From Dehalococcoidia bacterium (GTDB taxonomy: Bacteria > Chloroflexota > Dehalococcoidia > Lucifugimonadales > UBA2985): a stretch of 64,000 nt of DNA. The stretch lies in assembly GCA_965218945.1 (NCBI GenBank), contig OZ244718.1, positions 1,981,700-2,045,699 of the forward strand. Direction: 5' to 3'. Every line of letters starts with the position of its first letter. Position 1 is the first letter of the stretch. The translations under genes were made by a program, and so were the position numbers. Shown here piece by piece: positions 1 to 9,260 of this stretch. The notes under the pieces were generated by a model. The model did not search any database. It worked only from the letters and a program-made list of their open reading frames with translations, and had not been told where the DNA came from.

Positions 1-710
1 AGGTATTGAAGTGGAGCCGGGTCGGAGGAGTTGGCGGCCACAACAATGGTGTGCTCCATAGCGCCATTCTGCTCCAGTATGCCAACGGTCTGTGCGACTT
101 TGCTCGCCTTCTGACCGATGGCTACGTAGATGCAGACCAGATCGCCGCCCTTCTGATTGATAATAGCGTCCAAGGCAATAGCCGACTTTCCAGTGGAGCG
201 GTCGCCGATGATTAGCTCACGCTGGCCTCGCCCAATGGGAATCATGGCGTCAATGGCCTTGATGCCCGTCTGCACCGGGGCGTTTACAGACTTGCGCATA
301 ACCACGTTTGGAGCCACTCTCTCCACTGCCCTGTTCTTGTCCGACCTTATGGCGCCCTTCCCATCAATGGGTCGGCCCAAAGCGTCGACGACCCGGCCCA
401 ACAACCCATCACCCACAGGGACCTCGACAATGCGGCCCGTGGAACGGACCTCGTCGCCCTCCTTGATATTGGAGTCGTCGCCCAGGAGAACTGCGCCCAC
501 GCTGTCCTCTTCAAGGTTCAGGGCGATGCCCATAATATCCCCGGGCAACTGGAGAAGCTCCGTATATCGGCATCCCGCCAGACCCTGGACCCGGGCGATT
601 CCGTCACCCACCTCCACCACAGTCCCCATGTCCACCATCGTGACCTCACCGCCGAACTCCTGGATCTGCCGTCTGATTACCGAGGTGATATCCTGTCCAC
701 GAACTGCCAT
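1..710 (-). CDS. atpA: F0F1 ATP synthase alpha subunit, N-terminal part (3' end runs off the window)
   Basis: Own translation from ATG at 710..708: [21 protein letters not shown]...GIARVQGL...[19 protein letters not shown] (Walker A). Lies downstream of atpH in canonical order. Absent from the ORF track because no stop falls inside the window. Confidence 0.9.
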   Translation of the reverse strand, partial: MAVRGQDITSVIRRQIQEFGGEVTMVDMGTVVEVGDGIARVQGLAGCRYTELLQLPGDIMGIALNLEEDSVGAVLLGDDSNIKEGDEVRSTGRIVEVPVGDGLLGRVVDALGRPIDGKGAIRSDKNRAVERVAPNVVMRKSVNAPVQTGIKAIDAMIPIGRGQRELIIGDRSTGKSAIALDAIINQKGGDLVCIYVAIGQKASKVAQTVGILEQNGAMEHTIVVAANSSDPAPLQY

Positions 711-731
711 TGTGTCACCTCTAGCGAAAGA

Positions 732-1271
732 TTAGTAGGCTGCCTCAGCCAAGGATTTTCTCAAGTTCAGGAGCTTTGTCCGGGCGCTGCCGTCTATCAG
801 CCTGTCCCCCACCCTGGCCAACAGGCCCGCCACAATGCTCGAGTCAACGGTGGCGGTCAACTCTATCTCCTTGCCCATCAACTCCTGAAGGTATCGCGCC
901 AGTCGCTCCTTCTGCTCGTCCTCCAGGGGCACGGCGCTTACCACGCTTGCCCTTTCCAGACCTCGATGCTGGTCCAAAAGGTTTCCGTACTCCTCCCTGA
1001 TGGATGGCAGGGTGTTAACCACGCCTCTAGCGACCAGCAGACCCAGGAGACTGTGAGCCAGAGGGTTCAGGTCGGGCAGAGCCTCTTGTATCACGCTCAT
1101 TTTCTGGGTGAGCCTGATTCTGGGCATCCCCAGGAACCCAGCGAACTCCCTCTCCTGGAGGGCCTCATCCAGTACCTGCAAGTCCGTCTGCCATCTCTCT
1201 ATCTCATCCCCTTCCAGGGCCAACTGGAAGATGGCAAGTGCGTACCGCTTTGACGAAGGTCTTCTGGGCAT
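732..1271 (-). CDS. atpH: ATP synthase delta (OSCP) subunit
   Basis: 179 aa; OSCP-like sequence (RYALAIFQLA..., C-terminal IVAGL..RVGD.LIDGS); lies between atpF and atpA. Confidence 0.85.
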   Translation of the reverse strand: MPRRPSSKRYALAIFQLALEGDEIERWQTDLQVLDEALQEREFAGFLGMPRIRLTQKMSVIQEALPDLNPLAHSLLGLLVARGVVNTLPSIREEYGNLLDQHRGLERASVVSAVPLEDEQKERLARYLQELMGKEIELTATVDSSIVAGLLARVGDRLIDGSARTKLLNLRKSLAEAAY

Positions 1272-1281
1272 GGCTCCTTCT

Positions 1282-1791
1282 CTATCTGCCGCCTATACTG
1301 GGGCTTTCCTCCAGCACCTTCTCAATAATGTCCCTGTGAGAACTCTCGTCCAGGGAGCGCTCGATCACCTGCTCGGCAGCCAGAATGGCCAACTCCGCGA
1401 AGTGACGGCGAACCCCATCAATGGCCTCGTCGCGCTCACGCTGTATATCAGCCCTGGCGCGGGCCACAAAGGCCTCGGCCTCCTGACGAGCTTTCTCACG
1501 CTCCTCTTCTCTGTACCTGTCGGCCATCTCCCGGGCTTGGGCGAGAAGGTTCTGTCCTTCCTGCCGGCCCTCATCCAGCCGCTTCTCCAACTCCTCCTGC
1601 TGCTGCGCCGCCTCCTGCCTTACGCGCTCCGCCGTCTCCACGCTCTCCCGTATCCGCTCGGACCGCTGGTCCAGCATCCCCAGGATGCGCTTGTAGCCTA
1701 CGAAGTACAGGATGGTCAGCAGTATGATGAAGTTTATTAGATAAGCAATCAGGCTGGGTATGTGGAATCCCAGTTTTGCCAGTTCCGCCAT
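1282..1791 (-). CDS. atpF: ATP synthase b subunit
   Basis: 169 aa; one N-terminal TM helix followed by a long E/R/A-rich coiled coil; operon position. Confidence 0.85.
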   Translation of the reverse strand: MAELAKLGFHIPSLIAYLINFIILLTILYFVGYKRILGMLDQRSERIRESVETAERVRQEAAQQQEELEKRLDEGRQEGQNLLAQAREMADRYREEEREKARQEAEAFVARARADIQRERDEAIDGVRRHFAELAILAAEQVIERSLDESSHRDIIEKVLEESPSIGGR

Positions 1792-1835
1792 ACCTTCCTC
1801 CTGTTGATTTCTGCGCTACGTACGCGTGTGTGGCT

Positions 1836-2090
<255 letters not shown>

Positions 2091-2119
2091 CTATTGCAGA
2101 CTTTGGCTCTTCGCCTAAC

Positions 2120-2215
2120 CTACTCTATCTTTGAGAACACCGCCAGCACGCCGGCCAAGGCCGCCGCCGACAGGCCCACCGACACTATTACCAAGGCCAG
2201 AGTAATTACTTCCAT
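2120..2215 (-). CDS. Candidate 31-aa single-TM micro-protein between atpB and atpE
   Basis: Own translation: MEVITLALVIVSVGLSAAALAGVLAVFSKIE. ATG at 2215 is preceded by GGAGGT with about 7 nt spacing. It fills most of the otherwise empty atpB-atpE gap and is too short for the ORF track. Confidence 0.35.
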   Translation of the reverse strand: MEVITLALVIVSVGLSAAALAGVLAVFSKIE

Positions 2216-2230
2216 GCGCTTGACCTCCGA

Positions 2231-3229
2231 CTAAGAATGCTCTTCCTCTGAATGAGGAGTTACCGCCACAACCACGAACACCAGGGTCAGACCGGCGAAT
2301 ATGAGGGCCTGGACAAGGCCCACCAGGAGCTCCAGGCCATAGAAGACCACCACCGCGACAAAGGGCACCAAGTAGGTTATCACCAGTAGTACGATCTCCC
2401 CTGCGGTCATGTTGCCAAAGAGCCTGAAGGTGAAGCTGACAATTCGCACGAACTCGCTGAGCAGCTCCAGCACTCCCACGAATAAGTCTATGGGGACCTG
2501 CAGGAAGTTGCCTTTTCGAAGGTTATCCAGGCGGACGAACTTGCCCAAATATTGCAGCTTGAGCAATTTAAGTCCCCAGAACTCCACGAATACAAAGGAC
2601 ACCAGGGCCAGAGCCAGGGGCATGTTCATGTCCGTCCCGGCGGGGCGCAAAAGGTGGGTGTGTATCGGCTCGGTGGTGAAGAACGACTCCGCGTCGTAGC
2701 CCAGCGTGGGATAGATGGGCAGGAGGCCGATCCAGGCGTTGAGCATCACAAACATGAAAATGGTGGCGATGAGCGGCAAGAACCGGCGGGCGTTTTCCAA
2801 CCCGGCCACACTCTGGACAAAGTTATAGAGCGCCTCCACTCCGGCCTCCATGAAGTTCTGCAGGCCGCGAGGCACAATCTCCATTCGACGAGTACCAAAG
2901 TAGAACAGGGCTATGAGAATCAGGGATACAACCCAGGCCGAAAGGAGGGTGTTGGTAATCACGAACCCGTCCTTCTCGGTTATATCGTACTTGGCCTTGT
3001 CTCCGTCCTCGCACGGCGGGGCGTAATAAGTATGGTCCTCAGCTTCGCACTTGGAGACAGACAGCTTCTGAGGGGGAATGTGTGGCGAAGGCTGAGATAC
3101 GAACGGCGGGTCCGCGTCTTCGCCGGAAAAGAGGGCCGTCCCAATTGCTCCGGTCACAACACCGGCAAGCAAAAGGGCCACTACTACTATACCGCTCAGC
3201 GCTACTATCTGCTTGGCTGAACCCGACAT
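2231..3229 (-). CDS. atpB: ATP synthase a subunit (with long N-terminal extension)
   Basis: 332 aa polytopic membrane protein; a-subunit signature FRLFGNMTAGE near the C-terminus; operon position. Confidence 0.9.
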   Translation of the reverse strand: MSGSAKQIVALSGIVVVALLLAGVVTGAIGTALFSGEDADPPFVSQPSPHIPPQKLSVSKCEAEDHTYYAPPCEDGDKAKYDITEKDGFVITNTLLSAWVVSLILIALFYFGTRRMEIVPRGLQNFMEAGVEALYNFVQSVAGLENARRFLPLIATIFMFVMLNAWIGLLPIYPTLGYDAESFFTTEPIHTHLLRPAGTDMNMPLALALVSFVFVEFWGLKLLKLQYLGKFVRLDNLRKGNFLQVPIDLFVGVLELLSEFVRIVSFTFRLFGNMTAGEIVLLVITYLVPFVAVVVFYGLELLVGLVQALIFAGLTLVFVVVAVTPHSEEEHS

Positions 3230-3236
3230 AGTGCGG

Positions 3237-3482
3237 TTATCGCTCCTCGTTCCCCTTCTCTGTTTCGTCGCTGCTATTAGTCATTAGTGGCAGGACCAAC
3301 TTGTATATACCGTAGAACGCAAGCACGGTACCGAACAATATCCCTGCAAGGGTGAAGACCGGAACCATGTCCAGCTTCCTGTCTAGCCACAGTCCGACTC
3401 CCAAGCCTCCAATTATGCACACAGCAACATACCACCCCACACCCACCAACTGCAAGACTATGGCCAGCGATCCCCTACCCAT
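3237..3482 (-). CDS. AtpZ/AtpI-like small membrane protein of the ATP synthase operon
   Basis: 81 aa, two TM helices, first gene of the atp operon, 8 nt upstream of atpB. Confidence 0.7.
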   Translation of the reverse strand: MGRGSLAIVLQLVGVGWYVAVCIIGGLGVGLWLDRKLDMVPVFTLAGILFGTVLAFYGIYKLVLPLMTNSSDETEKGNEER

Positions 3483-3513
3483 TCAGACCCCGCACCACGT
3501 TTTGTGCATACTA

Positions 3514-4821
3514 TCACATACTTTTCGTCTGGTCAACGCCAACAACCCCCGGCAAAACGGGTTTCCTGGAAAATAGCACAAGGAAGCCGCCAAACAAGTT
3601 TACCGCCGCAAGGGTCAGCAGCGGCACGGTGTAGCTCCCCTGAAGATCGAAGAGATAGCCCGCAAACAGGGGCGCTATGACCGACACGCCGCTCAGGAAG
3701 AATGCGGAGAGGCCGAAGATGGTGGCGAAAGCCTTTCGCCCGAAGTAGTCTCCCCTGAGAGCGGTGAAGAGAGCGCCCCGCCCACCCCATCCAAATCCGA
3801 ACAGCACCGCAAAGGGCAGCGCCGTCGCAAAGCTGTTAATACCCACTGCAGCCACGACACCGATGGCCTGAATGGTGGCAAAGCCGAATATTATCACCGG
3901 CTTCGGGAACCGGTCCCCCAGGTAGCCTCCAACTATACGAGACCCCATGCCAACAAAGGTGTAAACGACCACCACGGTGCCGGCAAGCCCCAGGGACAGC
4001 CCGGCGTCGTGGAGCATGGGGATGGAGTGCACCTGGAGCGCGCCAACTATCATAGCGCTTAGGCCGTGGCTGAAGGTGATCAGCCAGAAGGCGGAGGTGT
4101 GCATCGCCTGGCGGGCAGTAAAATCACCATCTCCGTATGCGGCGACTCGGCCCTCCGACCCGTCCGCTCGAGACCTCGAGTCAGGGGCATCGCCGTCCGG
4201 CATCTGACCGTATTCCTCCGGCCGATTTCGTATCAGACGCGTGAGGGGAAAGGCCAGGATCAGGAAAATCACACCGAGACCGAATGCTATCGTTCGCCAT
4301 CCCAAAAGGCCGATTCCCACTGCCAGGACCGGCACCAGGATCCCCCCCATATAGTTGCCCATGCCGGCCGAGGCGATGGCTATGCTCCGCCGCCGCACAA
4401 ACCAGTTGTTCACCGCGGCTATCATCGGCAGGAAGCCTCCCAGTCCCATGCCAACGGCGATCACCATGAACGCCAGGTAGAAGCTGACAATGCCGCTGGT
4501 GAAGCTGAACATGAGGAATCCCAAACCCAGGATGGTAAACCCCACAAGCACCATCCTCCGGGAGCCAAACCGGTCAGTAAAGTATCCCTCCACGGGACCC
4601 ATCACGGTCCCCTCCAGGCGCGCCAGGGCAAATGCGCCGGACAGGACCGTCCTGCTCCACCCGAAGTGGCGCTCCAGCGCCACAAAGAAAACACCGAGCC
4701 CGTGGGCAGCCGCGCCGTTCGACAGGGCTATGGTGAACATGGCTACGCCAACAAGCCACCATCCGTAGAACAACCCGCGAGGCTTGTCCGCGGGTCCGGC
4801 AGCAGTGGGTGACCGTTCCAT
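3514..4821 (-). CDS. MFS transporter
   Basis: The ORF track gives 3514..4977. The hydrophobic core starts after MERSPTAAG (Met53, nt 4821). About 12 predicted TM segments; the upstream 52 codons are Cys/Arg-rich and look non-coding. Confidence 0.8.
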   Translation of the reverse strand: MERSPTAAGPADKPRGLFYGWWLVGVAMFTIALSNGAAAHGLGVFFVALERHFGWSRTVLSGAFALARLEGTVMGPVEGYFTDRFGSRRMVLVGFTILGLGFLMFSFTSGIVSFYLAFMVIAVGMGLGGFLPMIAAVNNWFVRRRSIAIASAGMGNYMGGILVPVLAVGIGLLGWRTIAFGLGVIFLILAFPLTRLIRNRPEEYGQMPDGDAPDSRSRADGSEGRVAAYGDGDFTARQAMHTSAFWLITFSHGLSAMIVGALQVHSIPMLHDAGLSLGLAGTVVVVYTFVGMGSRIVGGYLGDRFPKPVIIFGFATIQAIGVVAAVGINSFATALPFAVLFGFGWGGRGALFTALRGDYFGRKAFATIFGLSAFFLSGVSVIAPLFAGYLFDLQGSYTVPLLTLAAVNLFGGFLVLFSRKPVLPGVVGVDQTKSM

Positions 4822-5037
4822 AGGTGTCGCCTTCCTTAAATCCCGAGGGAGTGCCCACCAACGCGGGCCATACGCATTATGACACACAAAGGCATCGTTC
4901 CCAACAGGAATGCAGCGAAGGAATCTCGAAGATGAGGAGCGGTTTCGAGCAACATGGCCGCAAGCGCAAGGAAGCACATGAAAGCGCAGATAAGAGCTGG
5001 AAAGAGCTAGTCGTTCAAATTGCCGCTGTCGACCCGC

Positions 5038-6627
5038 TCAAATGGTTCGAGAGCCCTCTTTCTCAATTGACACGAAATCCTGAGTCGGGATGCCCAGGGT
5101 GATAGTGACGCTATTGTCACCATCTATGGTGATCTGGTCCACGATTAGCCTCAGGATGTCCCGACGCTCCTCGGAGGGCAGGTTATCCAATCGACCGCCA
5201 ATCCTGCGGGACCACTCGGCAATGTTCCCCGTCAGTACCTTCCTCTCCGTGGCCGCTGCCCCTTGAGCACGGTAGTCATAGAGCCTTGCCCGTGCGGCTT
5301 CCAGACGTTCCTGTATACGCTTGCGTTGATTGTCAAGCTGGTCCTCGGATATCTTGCCGGATACATACAGGCCAATTGCCCTGTCCTCTTCCGTCTGTAC
5401 CTTACGGAGCTCCCGCTCCGCATGGGCAATCCGCCTCTCAAGCCCACCATCCTCCCGCTCCTCCACGGACTCCATGCCCTTCACGATCAGGTCGGGATTC
5501 TGAACCACCGTTCTGACCTCTCTCCAGACCAGCTCCTCCAACCTGTCGGCTCGGATGTATGGCCGTTGCCGGCACCGCATGTGCTCCCTCTGCATTCCGT
5601 AGCAGTGGTAGTAGCGGTTAGGAGTCTTCAGGTCGTAGGTGTACCTCCTGTCCTTGTACTTCGCGGTTGCTCTGGTCTTGGACCGGCAGCCGAAGAGCAG
5701 ACCGCACTCGGAGCACCTTACGAGGTGCTGCAACAGGAAGAAGACCTTGGTGTTCCGCTTGGACAGGGAGGCCCGCTGCTTCTTGATGGCCTGCGCCCGA
5801 TCCCACGTCTGCTCGTCCACGAGGGGCGGGAAGGGTACCCCTATCCACGTGTCCTCCGGCTGCCTAGTGACCCGGTCCCTGCCCTCCGTGGCCACCCAGC
5901 GGGCCTTTCCGTACCACCAGATGCCTTTGTAGACCTCCTTGCCGAGGAGAGAATGCACGTAGGAGTTCTGCCACCGCGAGCCGAGCCTCCAGGTAGGGGC
6001 ATTGTCTCGGGCCAGCTGACTGGCAATCTCCAGCCCCACCATCCCTTCGTGTACGTACTGGCGGAAGATGCGCCTCACGATCTCGGCTTCCGGCTCGTAT
6101 ACCACCGGCTTGCCGTCCTCCCCGATCCGGTATCCATAGGGGACCGAGCCATTCGGCATGCGTCCCTGCTTGGCCTTCCCGCGCCTGCCCATGGTTGTTC
6201 TCTCCCGGATGTTGTCCAGTTCTATCTTCCCGATGGCCGCCATGATCCCGAACATCTTCATGTCGACGGGGTCCATGACCGACTCTAGGCGAATCTGGTG
6301 CGCCTCGACGACCTCCATCATGGCGGCTGCCGGGTACATCCCGCGGCTCAGCCTGTCCATCTTCCAGCACACGATGACGTCGAACCGGCCGTCCCGCGCA
6401 TCGGCCAGCATGCGCTGGAACTCCGGGCGGTTCTTGGACCAGCCCCTGCCCACCTCCTGGTAGCGCGCGGTGATGGTCAGTCCCCTCCGCTCGCAGTAGG
6501 CCTCCATCTCGGCGGTCTGCTCGGAGATGGAGACCTTATCCTCCGTGTCCTGGCTCTTGTCCGACACGCGGGAGTATATGGCCGCCCGTTTCGTTCCCGT
6601 CTCCCTATCGGTGGTTCTCATCGCCAT
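5038..6627 (-). CDS. Large serine recombinase (resolvase/invertase N-domain + recombinase domain + zinc ribbon + coiled coil)
   Basis: 529 aa. N-terminal AAIYSRVSDKSQ catalytic-Ser motif, DVIVCWKMDRLSR, Cys cluster CSECG...YYHCYG, C-terminal coiled coil. GGAGG RBS upstream of the ATG. Confidence 0.9.
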   Translation of the reverse strand: MAMRTTDRETGTKRAAIYSRVSDKSQDTEDKVSISEQTAEMEAYCERRGLTITARYQEVGRGWSKNRPEFQRMLADARDGRFDVIVCWKMDRLSRGMYPAAAMMEVVEAHQIRLESVMDPVDMKMFGIMAAIGKIELDNIRERTTMGRRGKAKQGRMPNGSVPYGYRIGEDGKPVVYEPEAEIVRRIFRQYVHEGMVGLEIASQLARDNAPTWRLGSRWQNSYVHSLLGKEVYKGIWWYGKARWVATEGRDRVTRQPEDTWIGVPFPPLVDEQTWDRAQAIKKQRASLSKRNTKVFFLLQHLVRCSECGLLFGCRSKTRATAKYKDRRYTYDLKTPNRYYHCYGMQREHMRCRQRPYIRADRLEELVWREVRTVVQNPDLIVKGMESVEEREDGGLERRIAHAERELRKVQTEEDRAIGLYVSGKISEDQLDNQRKRIQERLEAARARLYDYRAQGAAATERKVLTGNIAEWSRRIGGRLDNLPSEERRDILRLIVDQITIDGDNSVTITLGIPTQDFVSIEKEGSRTI

Positions 6628-6660
6628 GATTCCCTCCTCTCGGATTCCCTGAAATGAAGA

Positions 6661-6688
6661 AGACCCGCCTCCTGTCGGGAGCGGGTCT
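6661..6688 (-). terminator. Strong hairpin between the mini-CHAT gene and the recombinase gene (terminator/attenuator candidate)
   Basis: AGACCCGC...GCGGGTCT perfect 8-bp stem plus 3 inner pairs. On the minus strand it is followed by TCTTCATTTC. It sits 34 nt upstream of the recombinase start. Confidence 0.4.
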
Positions 6689-6874
6689 GCGAGTAGTACA
6701 ATCTATTCGCATCACCTGTCCAACCAGGTGGCGCCACGGCCCGGGATGTTTGCAGCATCGCCGGGCCAACTTTCTGACCCCATGATACCGCGATCTGGGG
6801 GGCAGGGTCAAAGCGCGGCGGCTCTCGGTAGTGTACTCGTTTGACCAAAAGCACCTTCTCACCACAGGTCTCAC

Positions 6875-7447
6875 TCAGCCTATCTCATGAGTTCGTGTTC
6901 GAGAGCAGTAGGTTATCGGCAGCTCGAACAACCGCGCCAATTTTTTGACGGTTGGCAGGATGTCGTCACGCTTCATACGCCTCGTGTCGGTGTCGAACAT
7001 CAGGTAGTAAAACGAGGCCCAAAAGATCGCGGCTTGATCGAAATCAACATCCTTGCTAGGACCTATCGTTGATAGGCATCCCGAGCCAGTCATCACGGCT
7101 TGTCGAAATTGGTCGTTCACCACACTACAAGCCGAGATGAACAGCCGTTTATCTTGTAAGTATGGCCTAAGAAGGTCGCCTAGCTCTTGGAACGAGATCG
7201 TGTCGAATGTGGTTCCGATGGCTCGACTATTCCCGTGGCAGGATAAATGCAAGTAACGATATCCGCTTTCTTGAAAGTCCTCCAAGAAGTGTATTAGTTC
7301 CCGCTTCGTTCGAATGTAAACGTATCGCGGGGACTTACCAGACAGCTTGAGAATCTCCGTAAGCGCCTCTCCCTCTCGTTCACCCTTGGCCTCGTTTTCC
7401 AAGTCAACCGACTCAATTATGTAGATATCCGGTGTGTCAAGGGCCAT
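6875..7447 (-). CDS. Standalone mini-CHAT / caspase-like protein (paralog 1)
   Basis: 190 aa. His-Cys dyad context YRYLHLSCHG ...36 aa... LFISACS, then GCLSTIGP..V.D..AAIFWASFYY, which matches CHAT-domain topology. AGGAGG RBS. Visibly AT-richer than neighbours. A paralog lies at 51505..52161. Confidence 0.6.
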   Translation of the reverse strand: MALDTPDIYIIESVDLENEAKGEREGEALTEILKLSGKSPRYVYIRTKRELIHFLEDFQESGYRYLHLSCHGNSRAIGTTFDTISFQELGDLLRPYLQDKRLFISACSVVNDQFRQAVMTGSGCLSTIGPSKDVDFDQAAIFWASFYYLMFDTDTRRMKRDDILPTVKKLARLFELPITYCSRTRTHEIG

Positions 7448-7665
7448 AGTAACCTCCTATACTTTCTCGATTTCCTCAAGAATCCACTCCCACCCGTAGG
7501 CGTACTCCGCCACACCCAAACTGAGACACTACCCTCGATTGCTATTCATAGTAGGACGCACTGACGTAGAAGTCTACGGCGGTCCGACGCTCGCGAGGTC
7601 GCCACTATGAATGTGGGGCGTCAAGACGCGTTCCCGTTCTGCCAGCGTTCCCCACAGTGTCCCGC

Positions 7666-8904
7666 TCAATCCTCCGGTTCGTCACCTGACGACGCGGCGG
7701 TCGTCGTCGGAGCCCCCGCCGCTGATGAACCGTACGTCTCCATCGCCTGCCTCGTCCGGTCGAGCTCTGACGCCAGGAGCGCCTCGTCCGGCAGGGTGAT
7801 CCGGTACTCCCCGGCCATCACGTTGTTCGGCAGGCCATCGAGGGCATACTGCGCCAGGGCCTCGTCCTTCTCGGAGCAGAGGATGAGTCCGACAGGCGGG
7901 TTCTCGCCCTCGCGCACCCAGTGCTCCCGCGCGTAGTTCAGGTAGAGGTGCATCTGCCCGGCGTCGGCGTGGGTGAACGCCCCGATCTTCAGGTCGATGA
8001 CCACGAGGCATCGCAAGCCCCGGTGATAGAACAGCAGGTCAACCCTGTACCACCTGTTGCCGATGCGCAGACGCCTCTGCCTGCCCATGAAGCAGAAGTC
8101 GCCTCCGAGCTCCATGAGAAAGGTCTCCAGGTGGCGAATGAGCGCGTCTTCGAGGTCGCTCTCGGAGTACTCGTCCCTGAGGTCGAGGAACTCCAGGACG
8201 AAGGGGTCCTTGATCTCCTTCTCGGGCAGCACAATGTCTTCGGCCCTGGGCTTCTGCCCCCGCGCCAGCATGGCGGCCTTGTTCTTGGACAGGGCGGTGC
8301 GCTCGTAGAACTGTGAGCCGATCTGCCGGTCGAGCTGGCGGACCGACCATCCGCCCCGCAGCGCCTCGGTCTCGTAGAACTCGCGGGCGCTCTCGTTCCT
8401 CACCGATAGCAGCCGGACGTAGGCCGACCAGGGCAACGGAAAGGCCGCCGGAAGGTCGTGGAAGCCCACTTCGACGGAGGAAGCTTCGGATATGCCAGAC
8501 GCCGTCTGGCGAATCGGCATTTGAGAGGGTCGATTCAATTTGCCAGACACTGTCTGGCGAATCCGGTCGGGCGGATGCGAAAGGTAGAACAGTCGCATGT
8601 TCTGGAGGTTCTGACGGGAGAAGCCCCGTCCGAATTGCCCGGTCAGGTCCTCCGCCAGGCTCTCGATCAACGCGGCTCCGTACTCGGCCCGCTCCTCACC
8701 CGACTGCTCGAACTCGACGATGCGCCGCCCAACGAGCCAGTACGCGGCGGTCATGGCGGCGTTCACCGAGCGGGCGGCCGTCTCCCTGGCCGCGTCGATG
8801 ATCTTCGACACGTCTCCGAAGACGGCCCGATATGGGGCGTCGTGGCTGAGAGCCGAATCCCTCGGCGCAGGCTTCTGACGGTCGGGGGACGACTCGGACC
8901 GCAT
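7666..8904 (-). CDS. YhcG/DUF1016-family PD-(D/E)XK nuclease
   Basis: 412 aa; the C-terminal RVDLLFYHRGLRCLVVIDLKIGAFTHADAGQMHLYLNY block is typical of DUF1016 nucleases. Confidence 0.8.
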   Translation of the reverse strand: MRSESSPDRQKPAPRDSALSHDAPYRAVFGDVSKIIDAARETAARSVNAAMTAAYWLVGRRIVEFEQSGEERAEYGAALIESLAEDLTGQFGRGFSRQNLQNMRLFYLSHPPDRIRQTVSGKLNRPSQMPIRQTASGISEASSVEVGFHDLPAAFPLPWSAYVRLLSVRNESAREFYETEALRGGWSVRQLDRQIGSQFYERTALSKNKAAMLARGQKPRAEDIVLPEKEIKDPFVLEFLDLRDEYSESDLEDALIRHLETFLMELGGDFCFMGRQRRLRIGNRWYRVDLLFYHRGLRCLVVIDLKIGAFTHADAGQMHLYLNYAREHWVREGENPPVGLILCSEKDEALAQYALDGLPNNVMAGEYRITLPDEALLASELDRTRQAMETYGSSAAGAPTTTAASSGDEPED

Positions 8905-9131
8905 CAGATTTCAGCCTCCAGGTGGTTATCCACATGCCGGTCGTCCGGGGGCGGGTCCTTCTCGGACGGAGCGTGCCCGTCACTGTCAGGGGGCTTGAGC
9001 AGGATAGTGAAGAGGCGGCGTAGCCTGTCTTCGGCGTCGGGGGCGGGCCTGGAGATGACCCTGACCACGCCGAACTCGGAGAGGTCCTCTTCGGGCGTCG
9101 GTTGCCCGTTCTGTCTGCTCTTGTCGTTCAT
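8904..9131 (-). CDS. Hypothetical 75-aa protein translationally coupled to the YhcG-like gene
   Basis: Its TGA overlaps the YhcG ATG (ATGA at 8902..8906). Acidic/Pro-rich; no family recognised. Confidence 0.4.
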   Translation of the reverse strand: MNDKSRQNGQPTPEEDLSEFGVVRVISRPAPDAEDRLRRLFTILLKPPDSDGHAPSEKDPPPDDRHVDNHLEAEI

Positions 9132-9234
9132 CGCTCTCTTCGCCGGGCTCGCGTGAGCCCGCGTCGGGCTGTCACCGTCCGTATGATTGCAATCGAGTGT
9201 GGGGAGCCGTGAGGCGGGACACCATGCCGCACTT

Positions 9235-9260
9235 GGGAGGACGCGCGAGTCCTCCCTTTT
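9235..9260 (+). terminator. Terminator-like hairpin in a non-coding stretch
   Basis: GGGAGGAC-GCGCGA-GTCCTCCC perfect 8-bp GC-rich stem followed by TTTT on the plus strand. No plus-strand gene lies upstream. Confidence 0.3.

Noticed and set aside
3514-4977. N-terminal extensions offered by the ORF track for several genes: MFS 4822..4977, CoA-transferase 54510..54656, cdsA 22310..22438, ACAD 56072..56119, crotonase 28554..28616, kinase-like 37320..37433.
   Set aside because: The extensions are compositionally unlike the rest of each protein, and internal starts are preceded by strong GGAGG-type ribosome-binding sites. The shorter models were used.
7490-7499. Shared motif CTA[C/G]GGGTGG upstream of both mini-CHAT genes (7490..7499 minus; 51469..51478 plus) as a common regulatory or recombination site.
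   Set aside because: The match is only about 12/16 when extended, the distances to the start codons differ (42 versus 26 nt), and the sequence is G-rich. This is too weak without more copies.
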